From contig OY782781.1 of the NCBI GenBank assembly GCA_963678315.1, positions 1,472,001-1,536,000 of the forward strand: DNA of 64,000 nt. Direction: 5' to 3'. Under the pieces are notes generated by a model. That model was given only the letters and a program-made list of their open reading frames with translations, was not told where the DNA came from and searched no databases. The translations under genes were made by a program, and so were the position numbers. The stretch's first letter is position 1, and every line of letters starts with the position of its first letter. This DNA comes from Candidatus Cloacimonadales bacterium (GTDB lineage: Bacteria; Cloacimonadota; Cloacimonadia; Cloacimonadales; JAFGVF01). Shown here one piece after another: positions 29,751 to 40,618 of the stretch.

Positions 29751-30015
29751 ACTTAAGTAAGCAGTAAGGAACTAGGATTAGTAAGGTGTTGACATACAGG
29801 ACTTAACGCTTGGGAAACATTAAGATTTTAACTGTCTCTACTTAAGAAGAAATCTATTGTAAGAAAGTATAAACTAGTCTACTAAAGAGAATTCAAAAAT
29901 AAAAAACACTTGCTATATATCTTAATTATTTGAATTTTGAACTAAACCCTTTGAGGTAGACCCAAATAACTAATCGAATTGCTTTATCTCAATTTGATAT
30001 TTTTAAAGGAATAAA

Positions 30016-31464
30016 ATGCTTTTTAACTCAATTGATTTTATGGTTTTTTTACCAATCGTCTTTATGATATATTGGTTCATTTTTAAGAGGAACTTAAAAT
30101 CCCAGAACCTATTTCTTTTAATTGCAAGTTACGTGTTTTATGGTTGGTGGGATTGGAGATTCCTGTTTTTGATAGCTTTTTCATCTGCTGTGGATTTTAT
30201 TGTTGGAATTCGACTGAGTAAAAGTTCAAATTCTATTCATAGACGGCTATTATTAACTACAAGTATTCTTGTAAATCTTGGTTTTCTTATGGTCTTTAAA
30301 TATTATAATTTCTTTGCAGAATCATTGTCTTCAGCATTTACCTTATTTGGAAAAACTCTAAGTTTAAATAGCTTAAATGTTATCTTACCGGTTGGTATAT
30401 CTTTTTATACATTCCAAACATTAAGTTATTCTATAGATGTCTATAAAAGAAAATTAGAAGCTACCAATGATGCAATTGCTTTTTTTGCCTTTGTAAGTTT
30501 TTTTCCACAATTAGTTGCTGGCCCAATCGAAAGAGCAACCAATCTTTTACCTCAGTTTTATAAAGATAGAAAGTTTGACTATCATAAAGCAGTTCTTGGA
30601 CTAAAACAGATATTGTGGGGATTGTTTAAGAAAATTGTGATTGCTGATAACTGTGCAAGATATGCTAATGAAATATTCAATAATTATACAGAAATGCCAG
30701 GAAGTAGTCTTCTGTTGGGGGCTGTGCTATTTTCATTTCAAATTTATGGTGATTTCTCTGGATACTCTGATATTGCAATAGGTACATCTAGCTTATTTGG
30801 ATTTAAGCTAAAAAGAAACTTTGCTTATCCTTATTTTTCCAGGGATATCTCCGAATTTTGGAGAAGATGGCATATTTCACTTTCTACATGGTTTAGGGAT
30901 TATCTTTATATTCCTTTAGGTGGGTCAAGAGTCGGCAAAGCGAAAATGATAAGAAATGTACTTATTGTATTTTTGGTTAGTGGCTTTTGGCATGGAGCAA
31001 ATTGGACCTTTATCGTATGGGGCTTAGTAAATGCTTTGTTGATTATTCCTCAGTTTTTAAGACAAACAAACAGACATAACTTAGTTACAGTAGCTGAAAA
31101 TAAAATACTACCATCATTAAAAGAAACTTTCCACATAATCGCTACTTTTATGATTACTTCTTTAGTATGGGTGTTTTTTAGATCAGAATCTTTAGGACAA
31201 TCATTTGCAATCTTGAAGAGAATCTTTTCTGAATCTCTATTAACTTCTTCTAAGTACTTAACAAACTTGAATGTGCAAATTTTAGCTCTTTTGATTGGGA
31301 CTCTTGTTTTTGTAGAATGGTTAGGACGAACACAAGACTTTGCTCTACAGAAGATTCCATTCTTTAAAAATAGACTTCTAAGATATTCTTTCTACTACTC
31401 AATAATCTTTGCTATTCTTTGGTTTGGTGGACAAGAACAAAACTTTATATATTTTCAGTTTTAG
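30016..31464 (+). CDS. MBOAT family O-acyltransferase (AlgI/DltB-like)
   Basis: LPVGISFYTFQ, FFPQLVAGPIER, DFSGYSDIAIG, FWRRWHISLSTWFRDYLYIPLGG, SGFWHGA, FIYFQF. Confidence 0.95.
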   Translation: MLFNSIDFMVFLPIVFMIYWFIFKRNLKSQNLFLLIASYVFYGWWDWRFLFLIAFSSAVDFIVGIRLSKSSNSIHRRLLLTTSILVNLGFLMVFKYYNFFAESLSSAFTLFGKTLSLNSLNVILPVGISFYTFQTLSYSIDVYKRKLEATNDAIAFFAFVSFFPQLVAGPIERATNLLPQFYKDRKFDYHKAVLGLKQILWGLFKKIVIADNCARYANEIFNNYTEMPGSSLLLGAVLFSFQIYGDFSGYSDIAIGTSSLFGFKLKRNFAYPYFSRDISEFWRRWHISLSTWFRDYLYIPLGGSRVGKAKMIRNVLIVFLVSGFWHGANWTFIVWGLVNALLIIPQFLRQTNRHNLVTVAENKILPSLKETFHIIATFMITSLVWVFFRSESLGQSFAILKRIFSESLLTSSKYLTNLNVQILALLIGTLVFVEWLGRTQDFALQKIPFFKNRLLRYSFYYSIIFAILWFGGQEQNFIYFQF

Positions 31465-31472
31465 GATATAAT

Positions 31473-32384
31473 ATGAAACAATTTATAAAAAGATTAATAA
31501 TTTTCTTACTTCTTCCATTTACTATATTCTGTAGTGTTGAAATAATGTTTCAAATGTTACCTAATGATTACAAATTGAAAAGAGATTATATCCAGAAAAA
31601 CAAAGATAAAATTGAGAATTTAATACTCGGTTCATCCCATACTTTCAAAGGCATTGACCCTCAGTATCTTTCTCCTAATAGCTTTAATCTTGCTTATTCA
31701 GGACAGTCCTTAATATTTGATGAAATGTTACTGAAAAAGTACTTTACTAGTTCAAAAAATCTGAAAAGAATTATAATTCCAATTTCCTATATGACCTTTA
31801 GAGAGATGGATAATCAAGGTTTATCTTCACCAAGAAGATATGACTATCTTAGATATCATGGTATTGGAAGGGATAATATTTCTATCTTCGATATTGATAG
31901 CTATTTAATCACTCCCAATAAAGGAATGAAACAAGTTTATTATTTGTTAAAAGTCTTTCTTAGAAAGGGAACTCTTGTAACTAGTGATTCATTGGGATTA
32001 GAAGTTAACTATCGTAAAGAGTGTAATGATTTTCAACAAGATGCCTTAGATGCTTTTGCAGATCATAGTAAAGGTAAGGCAATCTCTGATTCAAATATAA
32101 AATCATTAAATAGAATTATTGAATTTGCTAAGGAAAATGATATTGATGTTGTTTTAACAAGAACACCAAAAACAAAAGAATATCTAGATTTACTTGATGA
32201 AGAATACATAAAGGATATAAAATTGATTGTTAATAATCTTGTAGATAAAAATAATAATGTCATGTTTTATGATTATTCTCAGGATAGTAATTTTACCCAT
32301 AAACACTTCTATGATTCAAATCATTTAAACACAGAAGGTGCTAAAATATTTTCTAAGCTTCTTTGGGATAGAATAAATTCTTGA
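31473..32384 (+). CDS. SGNH-like partner of the MBOAT (DltD/AlgJ-like)
   Basis: N-terminal anchor, ILGSSH, FYDSNHLN.EGA; ATG 31473. Confidence 0.75.
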   Translation: MKQFIKRLIIFLLLPFTIFCSVEIMFQMLPNDYKLKRDYIQKNKDKIENLILGSSHTFKGIDPQYLSPNSFNLAYSGQSLIFDEMLLKKYFTSSKNLKRIIIPISYMTFREMDNQGLSSPRRYDYLRYHGIGRDNISIFDIDSYLITPNKGMKQVYYLLKVFLRKGTLVTSDSLGLEVNYRKECNDFQQDALDAFADHSKGKAISDSNIKSLNRIIEFAKENDIDVVLTRTPKTKEYLDLLDEEYIKDIKLIVNNLVDKNNNVMFYDYSQDSNFTHKHFYDSNHLNTEGAKIFSKLLWDRINS

Positions 32385-32431
32385 CTCATATATCCTTTGT
32401 AATAAATTATAAAAAAAATTAGGATTAAAAA

Positions 32432-33226
32432 ATGTATAATAAAATATTAGATAGCTCACTTTTCTTTCTATTAGCAGGTCCTTGTGTAATAGAATCTGAA
32501 AAAAGTGTTATGCAAATTGCAGAAGAATTAAAAGAGATAACCTCAAAACTTCAGATAGAATATGTCTTTAAGGCTTCTTATAAAAAAGCTAATAGAACAT
32601 CTTTGGACTCATTTACTGGAGTCGGTATTGATGAGGGTATGAGAATTCTTGAAAAAGTAAAGAAAGAACTTGATTTACCTGTGGTTACAGATATACATGA
32701 AGCGCATGAAGCATCTATTGTTGCTGATGTAGTGGATATTATTCAGATACCAGCTTTTTTATCAAGACAGACTGATTTATTGCTATCAGCTGGAAATACC
32801 GGTAAGATTGTAAATATCAAAAAGGCTCAATTTATGGCTGGAGAAGATGTTGAGAGTGCAGCTGAAAAAGTAAAATCAACTGGTAACTCAAAAATTATGT
32901 TAACAGAAAGAGGGACTTCTTTTGGCTACCATAATCTGGTAGTGGATTTTAGAAACTTTGCAATAATGAAAAGTATGGGATTACCGGTAATCTATGATGT
33001 AACCCATTCACTTCAACAGCCTTCAGTAGGCAAGATATCAGGAGGAACACCGCAATATGTTCCTATGATGGCTAAAGCAGCATTAGCTACGGGTATGGTT
33101 GATGGTTTGTTCTTAGAAACTCATCCAAACCCAGAAAAAGGGCTAAGTGATGCTAAGTCAATGTATCCACTAGCAAAGATGGAAAAACTATTAGAAGATT
33201 GTGTGAGAGTGTGGAATGCAAGATAA
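32432..33226 (+). CDS. kdsA: 3-deoxy-8-phosphooctulonate (KDO8P) synthase
   Basis: AGPCVIE, KANRTS, QIPAFLSRQTDL, ERGTSFGY, DVTHSLQ. Confidence 0.96.
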   Translation: MYNKILDSSLFFLLAGPCVIESEKSVMQIAEELKEITSKLQIEYVFKASYKKANRTSLDSFTGVGIDEGMRILEKVKKELDLPVVTDIHEAHEASIVADVVDIIQIPAFLSRQTDLLLSAGNTGKIVNIKKAQFMAGEDVESAAEKVKSTGNSKIMLTERGTSFGYHNLVVDFRNFAIMKSMGLPVIYDVTHSLQQPSVGKISGGTPQYVPMMAKAALATGMVDGLFLETHPNPEKGLSDAKSMYPLAKMEKLLEDCVRVWNAR

Positions 33227-33779
33227 AATCAAAAATATAAAAATTGTCTGTTTCGATTGCGATGGAGTTTTGACAGATGGTAAGATTACATATATTCAGA
33301 CTAAAAGAGTTAATCATTTTGCAGATGATAATCATGGAACCGAGTTAGACATCTATGAACAAAAGAATTTCTCAGCAAGAGACGGAATGGGGATTATGTT
33401 CTTAAACTATGCAGGACTTATTCCTGCTGTGATTACAGGCAGAAGATCAGCTGTTCTTCAACAGAGATGTGAAGATTTAAAGATAAAGCATCTTCATCAA
33501 AAAATAAGCAATAAAGCTAAGAAGATGGAAGAAATCTTAGAAGAGTTAGGGCTGACTTGGGATAATGTTGCTTATATGGGAGATGACTGGAATGATTATC
33601 CAATGTTTAAGAGAGCAAGCTTTACAGCATGTCCTAATGATGCTGAGGATACTATTAAACCGCATGTCGATTTTATCTCTAAGTATAATGGGGGACAAGG
33701 GGCTGTAAGAGAATTTGTTAATTTAATCCTTATGGAAAAAGGTCTGTATGAAGAAACTGTTAAAAAGTTTGATATTTAG
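33216..33779 (+). CDS. kdsC: KDO8P phosphatase (HAD family)
   Basis: FDCDGVLTDG, ITGR, YMGDD.ND, GG.GAVRE. Confidence 0.92.
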   Translation: MQDKIKNIKIVCFDCDGVLTDGKITYIQTKRVNHFADDNHGTELDIYEQKNFSARDGMGIMFLNYAGLIPAVITGRRSAVLQQRCEDLKIKHLHQKISNKAKKMEEILEELGLTWDNVAYMGDDWNDYPMFKRASFTACPNDAEDTIKPHVDFISKYNGGQGAVREFVNLILMEKGLYEETVKKFDI

Positions 33780-34329
33780 TCTTCTTTTGCTATTACTAGC
33801 ATGTGAAACGACATCACAAGTAAATGAGACAACTTTTGATGAAAGCCTTCCTGATGAACAGAGCAAAGGTGTTTTTGTTAATAGGTATAATGGTGAAAAA
33901 CTTGAATTTAGTCTTAAAGCTAAGACAATAACAAGATACTATGCAAGCAGGAAGACTATTGCAGATTCAGTCTTTATTAGTAGTGTAGATGAAGAAACTG
34001 GAGTATTATCAACGATTTCATGCAATACTACAACTATAGATGACACTTCCAATTTGGTTAAAGGTGAAGGAAACGTAATTCTCAAATACGGTGATACGAG
34101 AACAATTAAAACAGAATTAGTTTTATGGGATAGAGCTAATGATAAAATAAGATGTCCTAGAGAAGTTGATTTTTGGGATGGCGATAATTATCTTCATGGT
34201 AATAAGCTAATTACGAATTCAAAACTTGAAGTAACAAAACTAGAAAACGTATCAGGAGAAGGAGTTGCAGATGAAAAGATGCTTGATGATTATTATGATC
34301 GTAGTGTGTCTAAACCTTCTACTAAGTAA
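33748..34329 (+). CDS. lptC: LPS export periplasmic protein LptC
   Basis: Position kdsC-lptC-lptA-lptB; lipobox LLAC; GNV..TELVLWD beta-jellyroll pattern. Confidence 0.75.
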   Translation: MKKLLKSLIFSLLLLLLACETTSQVNETTFDESLPDEQSKGVFVNRYNGEKLEFSLKAKTITRYYASRKTIADSVFISSVDEETGVLSTISCNTTTIDDTSNLVKGEGNVILKYGDTRTIKTELVLWDRANDKIRCPREVDFWDGDNYLHGNKLITNSKLEVTKLENVSGEGVADEKMLDDYYDRSVSKPSTK

Positions 34330-35377
34330 TGAAATTCTAGATAACAAAAGTTATAAGATTATAAATTCGGATAAGGTTCTTGTAAATAAATCTTATGACA
34401 ATTATGTCATGAATCTGCAAGGAAATGTTCATTTCTTTTATGGAGACTTTGAATTTTATTGTGATAATGGGATAATTATCGAAGAAACAGAAACTGCCAA
34501 GATGATTGGTAATGTTACAGTATTACAGGATACCCTTAAGTTAGTTTCTGAGTTCGCTTTTTATGATAAAATTCATGAAGAAGTTAAATTGAAAGGCCAT
34601 GTTAAGGTTTATGAATATACACAGGAAGGAATTCTAAAGAGAGAGTTTAGAGCTGACTCCCTTAACTATCTTAAGAGAAAAGAAGAGTTTATAGCTAATA
34701 AGAATGTGGAAGCTTTTGAGTATTTTGAAAAATACCAAGCTAAGTGTGGTTATCTTGAATATCGAAGAAATGATGGATACGGGTTCATGAAGATTAATCC
34801 TGAAATTGAGAGTTTCAAGGATACAGTATTAATCAAATCTCAAAAAATGGAATATTTCGAAGATTTTTCTAAAATTGTTGCTTCATTTAATGTAGAAACA
34901 TCATTTCCAGATGCAGAAGTAAGCAGTGATTTCCTAATATATTATAGAGATGAACAGAAAGCTGTATTTTCAGGGAATCCTGAGCTTGAATCAGAGTTTG
35001 GTTCAGGTAAAGCTGAGACTTTCAACATATTTCTAGTAGAGAACAACATTGATAAAATTGAGTTTACCAATGATTGCTCTTTAAAGTTCTCTTTCAAAGA
35101 AGGAGAAGAACAGGATAATTGGCTTAAATCAGATGCTTTAACAATAGAGTTTGAAGACAAAAAGCCTAGTAATATGTTTGCTGAAGGAAGTGTTAGTTAT
35201 AGTATAATTTCAGAAGAAGAAAAACGCAAAAGTAAAGAATATTCTGAAAATAGGTCGAGTTCTGAATATATTGAAATTGTCTTTACCGATGATAATGAAC
35301 TAGCTGAATTAATACAAAAAGAAAAAATTAAAGGAACTTATTTATTTAAGTCAGCCCCCAAAAAAAGCACTGATTAA
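34271..35377 (+). CDS. LptA/OstA-like periplasmic protein (extended)
   Basis: Repeated L.GNV/G.P jellyroll motifs; lies between lptC and lptB; ATG 34271. Confidence 0.75.
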   Translation: MKRCLMIIMIVVCLNLLLSNEILDNKSYKIINSDKVLVNKSYDNYVMNLQGNVHFFYGDFEFYCDNGIIIEETETAKMIGNVTVLQDTLKLVSEFAFYDKIHEEVKLKGHVKVYEYTQEGILKREFRADSLNYLKRKEEFIANKNVEAFEYFEKYQAKCGYLEYRRNDGYGFMKINPEIESFKDTVLIKSQKMEYFEDFSKIVASFNVETSFPDAEVSSDFLIYYRDEQKAVFSGNPELESEFGSGKAETFNIFLVENNIDKIEFTNDCSLKFSFKEGEEQDNWLKSDALTIEFEDKKPSNMFAEGSVSYSIISEEEKRKSKEYSENRSSSEYIEIVFTDDNELAELIQKEKIKGTYLFKSAPKKSTD

Positions 35378-35508
35378 ATACATAATAAATTGATTATCTG
35401 GAAGATATGCTAAGTTATGTCTAAGGATTAGAAAGAAATTCTATGTTTTGGAAAAAAAATTGCTTAAATTCCTTGACAAGTTAGTAAAAGTTATGCAATA
35501 TTTAATCC

Positions 35509-36258
35509 ATGAATAATCAAAAAGATTCAATAAAAGCTAATAATTTAGTTAAAATATATGGTAAGAGAAGAGTTGTAAACGACTTAAGCTTAAACATCTC
35601 TCAAGGAGAAGTTGTAGGTATCTTAGGCCCCAATGGAGCTGGTAAAACTACTACTTTCTACATGATAATTGGTATTGCAAAGCCTAATCATGGAAAGGTT
35701 TTCTTCAATGATATTGAAATAACCAAGAAGCCTATGTATAAGCGTGCAAAGCTAGGTATAGGTTATCTTGCTCAAGCACCATCTATTTTTCATAAATTAA
35801 CAGTTGAACAGAACATTCTTGCAATTCTAGAAACAACAAAATATAATAAAAAAGATAAACGCAAGCTTCTAGACGAATATTTAGAAGAATTAAATCTTAC
35901 TAAAGTAGCCAAACAAAAAGCTTACACTCTTTCTGGAGGGGAGAGAAGAAAATTGGAAATTACTCGCTCTTTAGTAACTAAGCCTTCTTTTTTGTTTATG
36001 GATGAGCCTTTTGCAGGAGTTGATCCAATTTCAATCAATGATATCCAAGATATAATTCTTAAACTTAAGAATCGTAACATTGGTGTTATGATTACTGATC
36101 ATAATGTACAGGAAACTCTAAAAATTGTTGATAGAGCCTACATTACATTTGAAGGACAAATTATGGTTGAAGGAACAGCTCAAGAGTTAGTGAATGATAA
36201 GAAAGCAAGAGAGCTGTATTTAGGTGATAGATTTTTAAGCTCTTCAGTGGTGAGATAG
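35509..36258 (+). CDS. lptB: LPS export ABC transporter ATP-binding protein
   Basis: GPNGAGKTT, LSGGERRK.EI.R, DEPFAGVDP, ITDHNV. Confidence 0.96.
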   Translation: MNNQKDSIKANNLVKIYGKRRVVNDLSLNISQGEVVGILGPNGAGKTTTFYMIIGIAKPNHGKVFFNDIEITKKPMYKRAKLGIGYLAQAPSIFHKLTVEQNILAILETTKYNKKDKRKLLDEYLEELNLTKVAKQKAYTLSGGERRKLEITRSLVTKPSFLFMDEPFAGVDPISINDIQDIILKLKNRNIGVMITDHNVQETLKIVDRAYITFEGQIMVEGTAQELVNDKKARELYLGDRFLSSSVVR

Positions 36259-37719
36259 ATGTTAAGTCAAGAATTATCCATAAAACAGAAGCAGGAATTA
36301 GCACTTAAGCCTAAAATGCTTCAATCATTACAGATGTTAACTCTTCCTTTGATGGAATTAGAAATGCACATTAAAGAAGAGATAATGAAAAATCCACTTC
36401 TTGAAATGCGTACTGATGATGATTCTAATATCGAAAACGAGATTCCTAAAGATGAAGTTGTTGTAAATGAGAAGGAACTCGGAGAAGCTAACGACGAAGT
36501 CAAAAAAACTTTGGAAGAAGCTCAAGAATTGACGGAAATCTTAGATACTTGGAAAGAGTATCATCATATGACTAGTGGAAATAGAGATTATTCATATAAT
36601 AGGGATGATGATGACAGCATGACTTATGAAAAATACATGCAGACTCCCGAAGATAAAAATGCAGAGTATTTACTTCAGCTATATAGTTACAACATGACTG
36701 AAGATGAATATGATTTTGCAACTGATTTAATAGACTCTATAGATATTTATGGTTTTTTGAAGGATGATGATGTGGTTGCTTACACAGCCGATACTTATGA
36801 TATTCCACTTGCGAGGGCAGAAGAGGTTCATAATATTATTATGTCTTTAGAACCTCAAGGTCTAACTGCTAGGAATATCTCTGAGTGCTTGATCGCACAA
36901 CTTGATGATGAGCAACTTAAAAATCATGTACTAGTTGAAGTAATAAAGAACGATTTTCAAGATTTGATTCACAGACGTTATAATAAGATTGCTTCAAAAT
37001 ATCAAGTTTCAGTAGAATACATTGGATTTCTAAAAGAACAAATTGCAAAACTAGATCCTAAACCAGGTTTGAGAATGCTATCAAATTCGGAAAAGTATAT
37101 TACTCCAGATCTGGTTGTAAAGCAAATTGGTTATGAATTTGAAGTTATTGTGAATGATAAATATTCTCCAAACTTAGTGATAAATTCACGTTACCGAAGA
37201 ATGCTTAATTCATCAAGAGTTGATAAGGATACTGTACATTTTGTTCGAGATAAAATTAATGCTGCTAAATTCTTGATAAAATCTATGTATATGAGAGTAA
37301 GAACACTTGAAAGGGTTATGAAATCTATTATTAAGTATCAATACGATTTCTTTTATAACAGCTCAGGAATCATGGTTCCTTTGAACTACTCTTCTATTGC
37401 TGAAGATGTTGGAGTTAGCGAATCAACAATTTCTAGGGTTGTTAAAGATAAATATGTTGATACTCCTTTTGGAATATTTGCTCTTAAAAAGTTTTTTACT
37501 TCAACTGCAGGCAAAGATAGTAATTACGAATCAATTTCAAGACAAAGAGTTAAATCTGTAATATCAAAATATGTAGATTCTGAAGATAAGAATTCTCCAT
37601 ATACAGATCAACAATTGGTAAAGATGTTAAAAGATGATGGGCTAAACGTTTCACGTAGGATTGTAGCTAAATATAGAGATGAAATGAATATTTTAAATAG
37701 TAGATTAAGGAAAAAATAA
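36259..37719 (+). CDS. rpoN: RNA polymerase sigma-54 factor
   Basis: Q-rich region I, ESTISR helix-turn-helix, RpoN box SRRIVAKYR. Confidence 0.96.
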   Translation: MLSQELSIKQKQELALKPKMLQSLQMLTLPLMELEMHIKEEIMKNPLLEMRTDDDSNIENEIPKDEVVVNEKELGEANDEVKKTLEEAQELTEILDTWKEYHHMTSGNRDYSYNRDDDDSMTYEKYMQTPEDKNAEYLLQLYSYNMTEDEYDFATDLIDSIDIYGFLKDDDVVAYTADTYDIPLARAEEVHNIIMSLEPQGLTARNISECLIAQLDDEQLKNHVLVEVIKNDFQDLIHRRYNKIASKYQVSVEYIGFLKEQIAKLDPKPGLRMLSNSEKYITPDLVVKQIGYEFEVIVNDKYSPNLVINSRYRRMLNSSRVDKDTVHFVRDKINAAKFLIKSMYMRVRTLERVMKSIIKYQYDFFYNSSGIMVPLNYSSIAEDVGVSESTISRVVKDKYVDTPFGIFALKKFFTSTAGKDSNYESISRQRVKSVISKYVDSEDKNSPYTDQQLVKMLKDDGLNVSRRIVAKYRDEMNILNSRLRKK

Positions 37720-39116
37720 TGAGACATTTTAAAGTTGCTATAATCGGTGGTGGACCAGGTGGATATGTTACAGCGTTAAGATTAAATCAATATAATATAG
37801 AAACAGTTGTGTTTGAAAAAGAGCGTTTAGGTGGAGTGTGCCTTAATTGGGGTTGTATTCCAACAAAGACATTAGTTAAGAGCTCAGAATTATATAGTGA
37901 AATTCTACATGCTCAAGAATTTGGAATTAACCTAGAAAATCCAACAATTGATTTTGAGCAAGTTTATACTAGAAAAGATGGTGTTGTCGAAAAGCTTGTT
38001 GGTGGTATTGAATTCATGTTCAAGAAACTTAATCTGCCTCTAATAAACGATACTGTAACAAAAATATGTAAGAATGATAATCTTTTCACTATAGAATCTA
38101 AAACTGAGACTGTGACTGCAGATTATGTTATTCTTGCAACAGGTTCTCTTCCTACAGAACTTCCTTTTATGAAGTTTGATCATGACAAGATTATCTCATC
38201 AAAAGACATTTTACAGCTTAAAGAGCAACCAAAATCTCTAATAGTAGTTGGTGGGGGAGTTATAGGTTGTGAGTTTGCATCGATATTCAAACAATTAGGG
38301 ACAGATGTCACTATTGTAGAGTATTTACCTAGACTTCTTGCAGGAGAAGATGAGGAAATTTCCAAACGTGTGGGAATGGCTTTTAAACGCAAGAAAATGA
38401 AGCTTATATTAGGTAAAGGTGTTGAAAGCTATGAAGAAACTGAGAATGGTGTAAAAGTTAATGTTGCTGGTGGAAAGTGCATTGAAGCAGAAAAAGTGCT
38501 TGTAAGTGTAGGTAGAAGCCCTCGTTGCGATATTGAATTTGCTGGTTTTGAAGTTGAGAGAGATAGAGGGGCCATAGTTGTTGATGAATTTATGAAAACA
38601 GGTGTTGAGAATTTATTTGCAATTGGTGACCTTAACGGAAAACAACTTCTTGCTCATACAGCTTCAAAACAGGGACTCTTAGTTGCTTCCTTAATAAAGA
38701 GTGAACTTGAAGAAGAAGCGCATGATATTGAACCAATCATTTATGAAAATGTACCACGATGTACTTTTACTAATCCTGAAATAGCTTCTGTTGGACTTAC
38801 TGAAGAGCAAGCAAAAGAAAAATATGAAGAAATTTTAGTAGGAAAATTCCCTTATTCTGCAAGTGGAAAAGCAATGGGTATGGGTGATACTTTTGGCTTC
38901 TGTAAAACAGTTGCAGATAAGAAAACTGGTAGGATTGTTGGAATGCATATTATTGGGTTACAAGCATCTGAGCTTATTGCCCAAGCTTCTATTCTTATCG
39001 GTAAAGAAGCAGATGTTCATGATGTCGAAAAGATAGTTTTTGCTCATCCAACATTGTCTGAGATTGTTATGGAATCAATAGAAGACACAATTTCTTTGTC
39101 AGTACATAAAATTTAG
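37719..39116 (+). CDS. lpdA: Dihydrolipoamide dehydrogenase
   Basis: GGGPGGY, GGVCLNWGCIPTK, GGGVIGCE, HPTLSE. Confidence 0.95.
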   Translation: MRHFKVAIIGGGPGGYVTALRLNQYNIETVVFEKERLGGVCLNWGCIPTKTLVKSSELYSEILHAQEFGINLENPTIDFEQVYTRKDGVVEKLVGGIEFMFKKLNLPLINDTVTKICKNDNLFTIESKTETVTADYVILATGSLPTELPFMKFDHDKIISSKDILQLKEQPKSLIVVGGGVIGCEFASIFKQLGTDVTIVEYLPRLLAGEDEEISKRVGMAFKRKKMKLILGKGVESYEETENGVKVNVAGGKCIEAEKVLVSVGRSPRCDIEFAGFEVERDRGAIVVDEFMKTGVENLFAIGDLNGKQLLAHTASKQGLLVASLIKSELEEEAHDIEPIIYENVPRCTFTNPEIASVGLTEEQAKEKYEEILVGKFPYSASGKAMGMGDTFGFCKTVADKKTGRIVGMHIIGLQASELIAQASILIGKEADVHDVEKIVFAHPTLSEIVMESIEDTISLSVHKI

Positions 39117-39145
39117 TTATAATATAAATATACTTTTGAGGTTGA

Positions 39146-40021
39146 ATGTCGATGAATAAATTAAGAAAACCAGAATGGTTAAAAGCTAATAGGCTAGGAA
39201 ATGAACAAGCTAATACTATAAGAAAGTATTTAGCAAAATTTAATTTACACACTGTGTGTAATTCAGCTAGATGTCCTAATCAGGGAGAGTGTTTTAACAG
39301 AGGCACTGCAACTTTCATGATATTGGGAGATGTTTGTACTCGCAACTGCAAATTCTGTGCAATTGATAAAACTAAAGAACTAGTAAATCCTGATCCTAAT
39401 GAGCCTAAAGCTATTGCAGAACTCTCAAAAGAACTTAACCTTAAACACATAGTAATTACAACTGTCACAAGAGATGATTTACCTGATGGTGGAGCTTCTC
39501 AATTTGTAAATGCAATAGATGAGATTAAAGCAATATGTGATAATAAAGTCACAATCGAAACTTTAATTTCAGATTTAGAGGGGAATTGGGATGCCTTGGA
39601 ATCAATTGTTCAAGCATGCCCAACAGTATTGAATCATAATGTCGAAACTATTAAGAAATTATACCCTGAAGTAAGACCTATGGCTAATTATGATAGGTCA
39701 CTTCAATTATTAAAGAAAGTGAAAGAACTCAATCCTGATATTATCACAAAGAGTGGGTTTATGGTCGGTTTAGGTGAGACTGAAGAAGAGGTCAAACACC
39801 TTCTAAACGATTTATATGCACATGGTGTTCAAATCGTTACAATTGGTCAGTATCTTCAACCTACTAAAGATCATCTTCCTGTTAAAGAGTATGTTCATCC
39901 TAATGTATTCGAGAAGTACAGAATTTATGGAGAAGAACTTGGCTTTATGTTTGTTGAATCAGGACCTTTAGTAAGAAGTTCTTATCACGCTGAAAGAGTA
40001 CAAAATTATATCACTAATTAG
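39146..40021 (+). CDS. lipA: Lipoyl synthase
   Basis: CX4CX5C (CNSARCPNQGEC), CTRNCKFC, RDDLPDGG, VRSSY. Confidence 0.96.
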   Translation: MSMNKLRKPEWLKANRLGNEQANTIRKYLAKFNLHTVCNSARCPNQGECFNRGTATFMILGDVCTRNCKFCAIDKTKELVNPDPNEPKAIAELSKELNLKHIVITTVTRDDLPDGGASQFVNAIDEIKAICDNKVTIETLISDLEGNWDALESIVQACPTVLNHNVETIKKLYPEVRPMANYDRSLQLLKKVKELNPDIITKSGFMVGLGETEEEVKHLLNDLYAHGVQIVTIGQYLQPTKDHLPVKEYVHPNVFEKYRIYGEELGFMFVESGPLVRSSYHAERVQNYITN

Positions 40022-40029
40022 GAGGCTTT

Positions 40030-40569
40030 ATGCATATTACAATCACCGCACGCCATTTTGAACTAACCAATGCAATCAGAGACCACGTAGAAGATAGTTT
40101 ATTCAAACTAAAAAGATATTTTGATCATATCATTACTGTGCATGTGACATTGGCATTGGAGAATAGTCGAAATATATGTGAAATAAGTCTTCATGCTTCG
40201 AAATTCTCGCTTCAAAGTGATGGCGAGGCTATGGACATGTATATTGCTATTGATGAAACCATCGAAAAGATGGAAGCACAAATTAAGAAACTTAAAGATA
40301 AAGTAACAGATCACCACAAAAAAGGATTAAAAGATAACTTTGATCCATACTTCTCTAGAGCTCATTTGTATAAGAAAGGTAAAGATAGTGATGGACACAA
40401 ATTAGTTAAGACTAAAAGAGTAGTTCCAGATATCCTTACAGTAGATGAAGCTTTAGAACATTTTGAAGAAAAAGGTACAGATTACTTTATTTTCAAGAAT
40501 GTTGAAACAGATAGAATCAATGTTCTAGTTAAAAGAGATGACACTCATTTTAAACTTTTACAACCTTAA
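40030..40569 (+). CDS. hpf: Ribosome hibernation promoting factor (long HPF)
   Basis: ITARHFELT.AIRDH, DMY.AID..EK.E.Q.KK.K, C-terminal dimerisation domain. Confidence 0.92.
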   Translation: MHITITARHFELTNAIRDHVEDSLFKLKRYFDHIITVHVTLALENSRNICEISLHASKFSLQSDGEAMDMYIAIDETIEKMEAQIKKLKDKVTDHHKKGLKDNFDPYFSRAHLYKKGKDSDGHKLVKTKRVVPDILTVDEALEHFEEKGTDYFIFKNVETDRINVLVKRDDTHFKLLQP

Positions 40570-40579
40570 AATATAATAT

Positions 40580-40603
40580 GTCAGGGCACATAAGTGTCCT
40601 GAC
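40580..40603 (+). terminator. Intra-operon hairpin after hpf
   Basis: GTCAGGGCAC-ataa-GTGTCCTGAC, weak T-tract. Confidence 0.5.
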
Positions 40604-40618
40604 TATTTTGGATAAACC